Below are positions 1 to 6,401 of a stretch of 11,793 nt of DNA, piece after piece. Position 1 is the stretch's first letter, and every line of letters begins with the position of its first letter. The notes below the pieces were generated by a model. The model did not search any database. It had not been told where the DNA came from and saw only the letters and a program-made list of their open reading frames with translations. Location: NCBI GenBank assembly GCA_964373795.1, contig CAYJVY010000018.1:1-11793 (forward strand), read 5' to 3'. A program made the translations under genes and the position numbers. The stretch is from an uncultured archaeon (GTDB lineage: Archaea; Iainarchaeota; Iainarchaeia; Iainarchaeales; DATDZZ01).

Positions 1-204
1 GGGCATTGCGCTTGCCGCGCGAGACTACAGCTGAAGGCCGACGTAGGCATCGCGCTCGCAGGCGTGACCACGACTGAATGCCCATACAGGCAGTCGCGCT
101 TACCGGGTTTCGCCCTTGCCGGGCGATCGACACGTCAGGCGTCTCGCATCTGCCTGGCGCCTCGTACTCGCCAGACGCCTCGTACTCGCCGGACGTGACG
201 GCGG
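1..204. repeat. GC-rich mosaic repeat island A, truncated by the left window edge
   Basis: GC-rich block ends abruptly at 204 against AT-rich DNA. Positions 1-37 are the exact reverse complement of 6257-6293 in island C. It contains ctgaaggccgacgt (31-44), also present in island B. It has a tandem 18-nt repeat, gcctcgtactcgcc[a/g]gac, at 159-176 and 177-194, and a hairpin cgccc-ttgcc-gggcg at 111-125. Confidence 0.8.
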
Positions 205-212
205 TTTTAAAA
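205..212 (+). promoter_or_regulatory. TATA-like box (ttttaaaa) about 27 nt upstream of the ATG at 236; probably a leaderless transcript
   Basis: The A/T octamer directly abuts the end of island A. There is no Shine-Dalgarno-like GGTG between it and the ATG. The spacing matches the other genes in the window. Confidence 0.35.
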
Positions 213-235
213 TTGTTTTTGTTTGAAATTAGTGT

Positions 236-877
236 ATGGTTTCATATTCTGAGTTAGAGAAAAGAATTGCTTTGCTTTTAATGCATGGCCCTAAAACCTT
301 TGAAGAACTAGTAAAGCAATTGAATGTTTCTTCAAATGAGTGTTCTAATGCTTTAAAAAAAATGCTTCAATTAAAGGTAGTTGAAAAACAAGGATTCCCT
401 ACAAAATATGCTTTAAAAAAAGATATTTCAAAAGAGGTTAGCAGAAGACAAGAAATTGAATCAAAGGATGAAAACAAGGTTAGATTAAAAATAATAATTG
501 AAGGAAAAGCATTAAATGAAAATTCTTTGAATAAAATGCTTTCACAAATAATTGAAGCATTAAAAAAGGATTCAGATTTTTTATTGTATGACTTTAAACA
601 AGAAACTCCTTTAAAAGAAGGAGAATATTACTCTAATTTCATTGAAGTAAATCTTTCATTAAAAGATTTTTCTGCTATAACAAAGCTAGTGTTCTTTTAT
701 GCTCCTACAAGCATTGAAGTAGTAAAACCAGCTAAAATAGAGTTAACAGCTCAAGACTTGCAAGACTCTTTAATTACAATGACTGACATGGTGCACGCAT
801 ACAGTCAATACATTTTAAAGCAAATGAATAAAGAAGAATTAAATGCATTCAATAAAAAAGTTTACAACAAACTCTAA
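236..877 (+). CDS. Hypothetical protein with an N-terminal winged-helix (MarR/TrmB-like) DNA-binding domain
   Basis: 213-aa ORF. N-terminus LEKRIALLLMHGPKTFEELVKQLNVSSNECSNALKKMLQLKVVEK...YALKK has the helix-turn-helix plus wing pattern. I do not recognise the C-terminal two thirds. Confidence 0.6.
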   Translation: MVSYSELEKRIALLLMHGPKTFEELVKQLNVSSNECSNALKKMLQLKVVEKQGFPTKYALKKDISKEVSRRQEIESKDENKVRLKIIIEGKALNENSLNKMLSQIIEALKKDSDFLLYDFKQETPLKEGEYYSNFIEVNLSLKDFSAITKLVFFYAPTSIEVVKPAKIELTAQDLQDSLITMTDMVHAYSQYILKQMNKEELNAFNKKVYNKL

Positions 878-880
878 CTG

Positions 881-929
881 CCCTTTTTCTTTTTAAAAAA
901 AAAGGTGTAAGCTGCATAAAAAGAAAAAC
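881..929 (+). repeat. Repeat X1: T-run/A-run imperfect hairpin plus aaaaggtgtaag core; likely terminator region of the upstream gene
   Basis: cctttttcttttt/aaaaaaaaagg inverted repeat lies right after the stop at 877. It is an imperfect direct copy (roughly 80% identity by eye) of 1814-1866. Confidence 0.5.
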
Positions 930-932
930 TAA

Positions 933-963
933 TTTTATTCAGGCTTGGAATTAAAAACGTTTT
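933..963 (+). repeat. Repeat Y1: 31-nt perfect direct repeat, left copy
   Basis: ttttattcaggcttggaattaaaaacgtttt is identical to 1761-1791. Confidence 0.9.
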
Positions 964-992
964 CTTATAAATCAAAGATTGTACTCAAAAAC

Positions 993-1000
993 TTTATAAA
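993..1000 (+). promoter_or_regulatory. TATA-like box (tttataaa) for the AbrB/PIN operon, with SD-like gaggtg at 1026-1031
   Basis: The box is 37-44 nt upstream of the ATG at 1037. GAGGTG lies 5 nt before the ATG. Confidence 0.35.
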
Positions 1001-1036
1001 TAAGATTAATCATACTATTCTTACAGAGGTGTTTAC

Positions 1037-1327
1037 ATGAATATTGAAATTACTAAAATGACTTCTCGTGGACAGATCGTCATTCCTCAAGAGATAAGAG
1101 AGAAAGAGCAATTAAAAGAAGGAGAAAAGTTTTTGGTTTTGGACATGAATGGAACAATTGTATTGAAAAGAGTAGCAAACCTTGGAGAAAAAAACTTTGA
1201 CGAATTTGAGAAAACATTTGAATCTCTTTGGAAAACAGCTAAATTAGAAAAGTTAACAGAAAAAGATGTTCAAAAAGAAATTGCTGTGTATAGGAAAGAA
1301 AAATATGTCAATAAGAGTTACACCTGA
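1037..1327 (+). CDS. AbrB/SpoVT-family antitoxin (swapped-hairpin DNA-binding domain)
   Basis: 96 aa. N-terminal TKMTSRGQIVIPQEIREKEQLKEGEKFLVL is the classic SpoVT-AbrB motif. The gene overlaps the downstream PIN gene. Confidence 0.8.
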   Translation: MNIEITKMTSRGQIVIPQEIREKEQLKEGEKFLVLDMNGTIVLKRVANLGEKNFDEFEKTFESLWKTAKLEKLTEKDVQKEIAVYRKEKYVNKSYT

Positions 1328-1715
1328 TACAAATGTTCTTGTCTCTTCCACAATTGTAAAAGGAAGCTCTTTTGAAATTCTTAGACTATCAAAATTAGGT
1401 AAAATAAAACTTGTTCTTTCATTAGAAATTATAAAAGAATTTAAAGAAGTTATTTCAAGACCAAAATTTGGATTTTCTGAAGAACAAATAAGTAATGCAG
1501 TGAAACAATTAATTAGCATTTCTGAAATAATCGTGTCAGTAACAAAAATCAAAATAGTAAAAGATGATAATGATGACAACATTATTTTGTCAACAGCAAT
1601 TGATGGAAAAGCTGAATACCTTGTATCGGGTGATCCGCATTTGCTTAAAATAAAAAACTTTAAAAGCATAAAAATAGTCAAACCATCTAACCTCTTAAAA
1701 ATTTTTTACGAATAA
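1305..1715 (+). CDS. PIN-domain toxin (PIN_3 / TIGR00305-like ribonuclease)
   Basis: Contains IRVTPDTNVLVSS (first acidic motif) and DDNDDNIILSTAIDGKAEYLVSGDPHLL (C-terminal acidic motif). The track ORF starts at 1266. I prefer the ATG at 1305, which overlaps the antitoxin by 23 nt and places the DTN motif near the N-terminus. Confidence 0.75.
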   Translation: MSIRVTPDTNVLVSSTIVKGSSFEILRLSKLGKIKLVLSLEIIKEFKEVISRPKFGFSEEQISNAVKQLISISEIIVSVTKIKIVKDDNDDNIILSTAIDGKAEYLVSGDPHLLKIKNFKSIKIVKPSNLLKIFYE

Positions 1716-1760
1716 AAAAAGTCTTCCAAAAAAAATTGCTTAACTAGAAAGGATTAACTC

Positions 1761-1791
1761 TTTTATTCAGGCTTGGAATTAAAAACGTTTT
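1761..1791 (+). repeat. Repeat Y2: 31-nt perfect direct repeat, right copy
   Basis: Identical to 933-963. Together the two copies bracket the toxin-antitoxin cassette. Confidence 0.9.
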
Positions 1792-1813
1792 TGGACTAAT
1801 TTTGTGCGTCTAC

Positions 1814-1866
1814 CCCTTTTCTTTTTTCCAAAAAAGAAAAGGTGTAAGTTGCCCTAAAAGAAAAAA
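1814..1866 (+). repeat. Repeat X2: perfect 13-bp A/T-rich inverted repeat plus aaaaggtgtaag core
   Basis: ccttttctttttt (1815-1827) and aaaaaagaaaagg (1830-1842) are exact reverse complements. This is followed by aaaaggtgtaagttgc, similar to 900-915. A second aaggtg at 1865-1870 could act as the SD for the next gene. Confidence 0.6.
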
Positions 1867-1869
1867 GGT

Positions 1870-3153
1870 GTGTTTGTGAAAGAATTTGATTGCGATTTGC
1901 ATTTTCATTCTCCTTATGCTGGAGGAGTTTCAAAAAACATGTTAATGCCTTTAATTGCTGAGCAAGCAAAACTAAAAGGCTTGGATGTAGTTGTAACTTC
2001 AGATATTTTGCATAAAGAATGGCTGAAGCATGTCAAAGAACAATTAATTGAGGAAAACAATGTTTACAGGCATAAAAAATTTAATACTGCATTCATTGTT
2101 GGAACAGAAATTTGCTGTAAAGACAGAGTTCATCATTTAATTTATTTTCCTTCACTTGAAGCAGCAGAAGAACTAAAGGAAAAATTTAAAGGCCATGGAA
2201 ACATGGATTCATTTGGATGTGGAAGACCAATAATTCGTTTAAGTGCTGAAAAAATAGCTGAAGAGGTTTACAATGTAGGAGGAATTTTAGGCCCTGCACA
2301 TTCTTTTACTCCATATTTTTCTATTTACGCGCATTTCAATTCATTTAAAGAATTATATGGAGAATTTCATGAAAAGATTTCATTCATGGAATTAGGTTTA
2401 AGTGCTGATACTTTTTTTGCTGACTTAATTCAAGAAAATCATTCAAAAATTTTTTTAACTTGCAGCGACAGTCATTCTCCTTGGCCTCACAGAGTTGGCC
2501 GTGAATTCACTAGAATTAAAATGCAAAAACCTTCTTTCAAGGAATTAAAAAAAGCTTTAGAGTTTGACAAGGAAAGAAAACCTGTTTTGAATATTGGCTT
2601 AGATCCAAGAGAAGGAAAATATCATTGCAGTGCATGCAATGCTTGTTTCACTAAATATTCTTTTGCTGATGCAGTTAAATTGAATTGGAAATGCATTAAA
2701 CCAAATTGCAGAGGACAAATAGTGAAAGGAGTTAGAGACAGAATAATGGAGTTAAGTTCTTTTAAAGAAGAAATTCATCCAGAATCCAGGCCAGAATACA
2801 TTCATATTCTTCCATTAGCTGAAATCATTCAATTAACTTTGAATTTGAAAAACGTTCAAGCAAAAAAGGTTCAAGAAATTTGGACTCAATTCATTGATTC
2901 ATTTGAATCTGAAATAAAAATTTTAATTGACGTTCCAGTTAATGAATTAAGTGCAATAAATGAAGCAGTTGCAAAAAAAATTAATGCCTTCAGGCAAGGA
3001 TTAGTGTTATACATTCCAGGCGGAGGAGGAAAATACGGACAACCATTTATTTGTGACTCAAAACAAGAATTTGAAGAAAAGCAAATTGAACTCGGAGCAA
3101 AACTATATTGCAAAACAGAGGAAGAACAACAAAAAAAATTATTTGAATATTAA
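1870..3153 (+). CDS. Endonuclease Q (EndoQ; PHP-domain/zinc-finger nuclease, TIGR00375 family)
   Basis: Matches I recognise from Pyrococcus EndoQ: DLHFHSPY...SKNM, RVHHLIYFP, GPAHSFTP, ELGLSAD, SDSHSPWPHRVGREF, GLDPREGKYHCSACNACFTKY...WKC..C.G.IVKGVRDRI, LPLAEII and PGGGGKYG. The start is GTG at 1870 or GTG at 1876; the latter sits 5 nt after ggtg. Confidence 0.85.
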   Translation: MFVKEFDCDLHFHSPYAGGVSKNMLMPLIAEQAKLKGLDVVVTSDILHKEWLKHVKEQLIEENNVYRHKKFNTAFIVGTEICCKDRVHHLIYFPSLEAAEELKEKFKGHGNMDSFGCGRPIIRLSAEKIAEEVYNVGGILGPAHSFTPYFSIYAHFNSFKELYGEFHEKISFMELGLSADTFFADLIQENHSKIFLTCSDSHSPWPHRVGREFTRIKMQKPSFKELKKALEFDKERKPVLNIGLDPREGKYHCSACNACFTKYSFADAVKLNWKCIKPNCRGQIVKGVRDRIMELSSFKEEIHPESRPEYIHILPLAEIIQLTLNLKNVQAKKVQEIWTQFIDSFESEIKILIDVPVNELSAINEAVAKKINAFRQGLVLYIPGGGGKYGQPFICDSKQEFEEKQIELGAKLYCKTEEEQQKKLFEY

Positions 3154-3159
3154 ACAAGT

Positions 3160-3942
3160 TCATCTAACGTATGTTAATCCTTCTTTTGGGGTTTCCTCTT
3201 CTTCTTGAGAGGCCTCCATTTGTTCTGCTAATTGCTTGAATGCTTTTTCAATTTCTTTTGCTTCCTTAGTTATTTTGTCTAATTTTACAGTGAAACCATA
3301 TTTTTTCATTAATAATTCTAGTAATGCTTTTGCTGCTCCTGGATCTCCATAAATCAGTTTTGCATTTGTTTCACCCATTAAACAACAGCCTTCCAAGCCA
3401 TGTTGCAAGCCAATTCCAAGCAATAAACCTGCAGCTCCTGAAATCAATCCTTCAGGCTTGTCTTCTTTTGCTCCAACTTCAGTAAACTCTGTTAAAATTT
3501 TTTTACTAGTTGCTGCAACAATTATTTGAGGATTGTTTTCAAGCCTTGCATCCCCAACATTTAATCCAGCTAAAGTAATAATTTTTGCAACCCCAAGTTT
3601 TTTACATGCTTCAATAATTTTTTCTGCAAACTCAAAGTGTTCTTCAGCAGATCCAACTCTATAATCCAATGCTGGTTGAACAGGGCCAGCCAAAAAAACA
3701 AAGTCTTGATCTTTTAAAGAATAATAATATAATTCGTCTTTAATTAATTCAATTAAACCATTCTTTGTATGCACTGAAGGAGGAAAAGAATCAGAAAAGA
3801 TTTCAGCAAACTTTACTGCCTTAAATTCTTTCAATAAATAATCTACAACTATTTTTCCAACTAATCCAATTCCAGGCAATCCAGTAAACATTATTGCATT
3901 TTTCAGTTTTAATTCTTTTAAAAATTTTATTTTAGTAGGCAT
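3160..3942 (-). CDS. PAC2-family proteasome assembly chaperone-like protein
   Basis: MPTKIKFL...FTGLPGIGLVGKIVVDYL...FLAGPVQP is typical of the archaeal PAC2/COG1938 family. The track ORF (to 4077) extends 45 codons through GC-rich island B. I place the start at the ATG at 3942, where AT-rich codon usage begins and a TATA-like box lies about 30 nt upstream. Confidence 0.75.
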   Translation of the reverse strand: MPTKIKFLKELKLKNAIMFTGLPGIGLVGKIVVDYLLKEFKAVKFAEIFSDSFPPSVHTKNGLIELIKDELYYYSLKDQDFVFLAGPVQPALDYRVGSAEEHFEFAEKIIEACKKLGVAKIITLAGLNVGDARLENNPQIIVAATSKKILTEFTEVGAKEDKPEGLISGAAGLLLGIGLQHGLEGCCLMGETNAKLIYGDPGAAKALLELLMKKYGFTVKLDKITKEAKEIEKAFKQLAEQMEASQEEEETPKEGLTYVR

Positions 3943-3968
3943 ACATAAAAAATAGTTAGTGAAAAAGA

Positions 3969-3975
3969 ATTTAAA
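3969..3975 (-). promoter_or_regulatory. TATA-like box (tttaaat on the minus strand) for the PAC2-like gene
   Basis: It directly abuts the left edge of island B and lies about 30 nt upstream of the minus-strand ATG at 3942. Confidence 0.35.
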
Positions 3976-4066
3976 CCCGCGCGCAAGGTTCAGTCCTTGA
4001 AGCGCCGAGCAGCCGGCGAGGCTGAAGGCCGACGTCAGCCCCCGTGCTCGCGGGACGCAACCGCGT
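3976..4066. repeat. GC-rich mosaic repeat island B
   Basis: 66 of 90 bases are G/C by hand count (3976-4065), against 11 of 60 in the flank 3901-3960. Positions 3984-4026 match the reverse complement of 6303-6345 at 42 of 43 positions. It contains the hairpin cagcc-ggcga-ggctg (4010-4024) and the palindrome ggccgacgtcagcc (4027-4040). Confidence 0.85.
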
Positions 4067-4108
4067 TCAAAGTACAAAACATTGTAGCTGGCGGTGAACT
4101 TTCCAGCA

Positions 4109-4116
4109 ATTTAAAT
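4109..4116 (+). promoter_or_regulatory. TATA-like box (atttaaat) for priL
   Basis: About 28 nt upstream of the ATG at 4141. Confidence 0.35.
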
Positions 4117-4140
4117 TTCTTTTCATGCACTACTTTTTTT

Positions 4141-5187
4141 ATGTTGACAGTTAAAGAATTAAGGTTTGCTCAAAAATATCCTTTTACTTCAATTGCAAAG
4201 CAAATAGTGAAAGAAAAAAATCTTTCACTTGAACAAGTTCCAGAACAAGTAATTAAGAGAGCTGCTTTAATGATTTCTTTTGCTGATAAAAACAAGCTTT
4301 ACTTTCAAGAACAAATCTCTGAATCAAAAGAAATTTTGGAACAAGAAGTTCTGGCTTTTCCAATTGCAAAAATATTGCTTTCCTTGCAGTCAAACCTGTT
4401 TTTAATTGAAAAATTTTCTTTCATGATTGGCAAGTCAACCTTTAAATACATTGAATTAGAAAAAGATAGAACTCAAACAATGCTGGATTTAGCTAAGGAT
4501 TTAGAAGTAAAGTTTTCATTAGCTCAAAGAGAGGATTTTTTTGTTTCAATGGATTTACTTGAATATTTGAAAGGAAGTTTTAAAGAAGAATTCATGAAAT
4601 TAGTGAATCAAAACCTTGAAAAAGGAAGAATTTATTTAAAAGGAAATGATTTTGCAAGATTTTTAAGCGAAATAGTTGTAGAAAAAATTTTTTCATCCAT
4701 GCCAGTGGATATTTCAAGCATTCCAGACTCATATAAAGAAATTTCTTCACAGTTAAGCCAGCAAATGCATTTAATTCAAAGAAAAGAATTCACTGAAACA
4801 TTAACCGGAACAGTTGATGTAAACGCTTTTCCTCCTTGCATGACTCAAATTTACTCTGATTTAATTGAAGGAAAAAACGTTCAACACTTAGCTAGATTTG
4901 ATTTTGCTTCTTTTGCAGCAGCAGTTGGAATGCCTGCAGAACAAATAATTCAATTATACTATAAAACCCCTAATTTTAATGAAAAAACTACTAGATATCA
5001 TGTTGAAAGACTTGTAGGAAAAAAGGGTGGAAAAAAATATTCTGCTCCAAGTTGCGTAAAAGTTAAAATTCATGGATTGTGTCCAAATCCATTAATTTGC
5101 ATTCAAGAAAGCATTGTTCACCCAGTGCAATTTTATAAAAAGCATTACAAGAAAGGAGCATATAATGCAAATGAAGATAAAATTTGA
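4141..5187 (+). CDS. priL: DNA primase large (regulatory) subunit PriL
   Basis: The C-terminal Fe-S cluster signature is present: FPPCMTQIY plus YSAPSCVKVKIHGLCPNPLIC. Overall length and architecture fit archaeal PriL. The track start at 3997 lies inside island B; I prefer the ATG at 4141. Confidence 0.85.
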   Translation: MLTVKELRFAQKYPFTSIAKQIVKEKNLSLEQVPEQVIKRAALMISFADKNKLYFQEQISESKEILEQEVLAFPIAKILLSLQSNLFLIEKFSFMIGKSTFKYIELEKDRTQTMLDLAKDLEVKFSLAQREDFFVSMDLLEYLKGSFKEEFMKLVNQNLEKGRIYLKGNDFARFLSEIVVEKIFSSMPVDISSIPDSYKEISSQLSQQMHLIQRKEFTETLTGTVDVNAFPPCMTQIYSDLIEGKNVQHLARFDFASFAAAVGMPAEQIIQLYYKTPNFNEKTTRYHVERLVGKKGGKKYSAPSCVKVKIHGLCPNPLICIQESIVHPVQFYKKHYKKGAYNANEDKI

Positions 5188-5231
5188 AATCAAAAGTAAA
5201 AAATTAAATAATAATAGGATTATATTCTTTC

Positions 5232-6170
5232 ATGGTTTTAGATCAACTGCCTGAAGCAGCATCAAACTTTGTTAATGCAGCTTCAACAAATTTATCTGAA
5301 TTGTTTCCATTCTTTTTAGTAGTAATATTTATTCTCCTTGTTTTATTCTTGTTTTACAAAATTTTGTCTTTAATTATTTTTAGAGCATTAAAAGTTGTTG
5401 CAGCTGAAAAAGATCAACAGCTTTTCATGAGTATTTGGAGTTTTTTATACTATTTTATTGCATTTAGTTTTCTGTTTCTAGCTTTTTCCGGATCGTTTAC
5501 TGGATTAGGGATTGGAATAGGATTATTTACTGCTGCTTTGGGATGGGCTTTGCAAAAACCAATTACTGGAATAGCTGCTTGGCTGTTAATTATTTTTAGA
5601 AAGCCATTCAAAATAGGTGACAGAGTAATAATTGGAGGAAAAAAAGGAGACATTGTTGACTTGAATTTGTTTTACATTGTATTAAATGAAGTTGGAGGCG
5701 GAGGAACACTTGAAGGAGAAGAAAGAAGTCAAAGAAGAATTTTAATTCCAAACTACAAAGTATTCGATGAAGACATTGTTAATTATTCTCTTGTAAGTAA
5801 TTTAGTTTTAGACTCAGTTGAAGTATTAATTACTTATGAATCAAATTTAAAGCAAGCAAAAAAAATTTTGCTTGACACAGCTGAATCCATTACTCAAAAA
5901 TTTATTTTTAATACTCAAACAACCCCATATGTAAGAGCTTCATTTAAGGATTCAGGGGTTTTACTGAGTTTAAAATATTTAGTTACTGTAGAATTAAAGT
6001 CTCAAATAAAGTCAATGATTACTGAAGAAATTTTTGAAAAAATTAATAAAAGAAAAGATGTAGAAATAGCTTACCCTCATTTAGAAGTAGTCTATAAAGG
6101 ACAAACAAAACGTCGCCGTTCAGCTTGCGAAGCTGAGTCGAAAGCCGGCGAAGCTGAGTCGCTCATGTGA
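5232..6170 (+). CDS. MscS-family mechanosensitive ion channel
   Basis: N-terminal transmembrane helices are followed by ALQKPITGIAAWLLIIFRKPFKIGDRVIIGGKKGDIVDLNLFYIVL, the MscS pore-helix and beta-domain signature. The last 19 codons and the stop codon are encoded by island C. Confidence 0.8.
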   Translation: MVLDQLPEAASNFVNAASTNLSELFPFFLVVIFILLVLFLFYKILSLIIFRALKVVAAEKDQQLFMSIWSFLYYFIAFSFLFLAFSGSFTGLGIGIGLFTAALGWALQKPITGIAAWLLIIFRKPFKIGDRVIIGGKKGDIVDLNLFYIVLNEVGGGGTLEGEERSQRRILIPNYKVFDEDIVNYSLVSNLVLDSVEVLITYESNLKQAKKILLDTAESITQKFIFNTQTTPYVRASFKDSGVLLSLKYLVTVELKSQIKSMITEEIFEKINKRKDVEIAYPHLEVVYKGQTKRRRSACEAESKAGEAESLM

Positions 6171-6369
6171 GTGGCCAATATTGGTATTCAGCTTCAAAGG
6201 CTTAAGGTTTCGCGCCTTGCGACGTTACACCCGTCGAGCACGAGGGGTCACGTGACCCTTCAGCTGTAGTCTCGCGCGGCAAGCGCAATGCCCACGTGAG
6301 CATTCAGCCTCGCCGGCTGCTCGGCGCTTCAAGGGCTGAACCTTGTGCGGGCGTGACAGCGCGTAACGG
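6111..6369. repeat. GC-rich mosaic repeat island C, a composite with inverted arms
   Basis: It shares a 37-nt exact block with island A (6257-6293), a 43-nt block with island B (6303-6345) and a 33-nt block with island D (6232-6264). Its left arm (6119-6170) resembles the reverse complement of its right arm (about 6293-6340). It contains palindromes gggtcacgtgaccc (6245-6258), aatgcccacgtgagcatt (6287-6304) and ccaatattgg (6175-6184). Confidence 0.85.
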
Positions 6370-6377
6370 TTTTATAA
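6370..6377 (+). promoter_or_regulatory. TATA-like box (ttttataa) for priS
   Basis: It directly abuts the right edge of island C and lies about 28 nt upstream of the ATG at 6402. Confidence 0.35.
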
Positions 6378-6401
6378 CCTTTTTTTTAAAGAAGTTATTT
6401 A

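Noticed and set aside
1-204. tRNA, rRNA fragment or split-tRNA half hidden in the GC-rich islands
   Set aside because: I could find no cloverleaf arrangement, no T-loop GGTTCGAATCC-like box and no anticodon-arm geometry in any island. The islands instead share modules with each other in both orientations, which genes for distinct RNAs would not. A formal tRNAscan/Rfam scan is still advisable.
1266-1304. Upstream ATG at 1266 as the PIN toxin start
   Set aside because: It would give a 62-nt overlap with the antitoxin and 13 extra residues before the conserved N-terminal DTN motif. The ATG at 1305 gives the usual short TA overlap. The upstream start cannot be fully excluded.
1253-1681. 142-aa antisense ORF opposite the PIN gene
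   Set aside because: It is a low-complexity antisense frame of a well-supported PIN CDS. It has no recognisable domain, as is typical of AT-rich antisense ORFs.
2886-3113. 75-aa antisense ORF inside endoQ
   Set aside because: It is antisense to a strongly supported CDS and shows no homology signal.
3943-4077. 45-codon N-terminal extension of the PAC2-like ORF (MYFERGCVPRARGLTS...)
   Set aside because: The extension lies entirely in GC-rich island B and has alien composition. It is open only because GC-rich DNA lacks stop codons. The ATG at 3942 has a TATA-like box at the usual distance, and the family homology starts there.
3997-4140. 48-codon N-terminal extension of the PriL ORF (MKRRAAGEAEGRRQPPCS...)
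   Set aside because: The reason is the same: this is read-through of island B. The ATG at 4141 is preceded by atttaaat at about -28, and the PriL-like sequence begins there.
3976-4140. Replication origin, given the surrounding primase, GINS and PCNA genes
   Set aside because: Archaeal origins are AT-rich unwinding regions with ORB or mini-ORB repeats, usually next to orc1/cdc6. Here the unusual DNA is GC-rich, no ORB-like repeat is evident, and no orc1/cdc6 gene is in the window.
5450-5653. 67-aa antisense ORF inside the MscS gene
   Set aside because: It is antisense to a strongly supported CDS.
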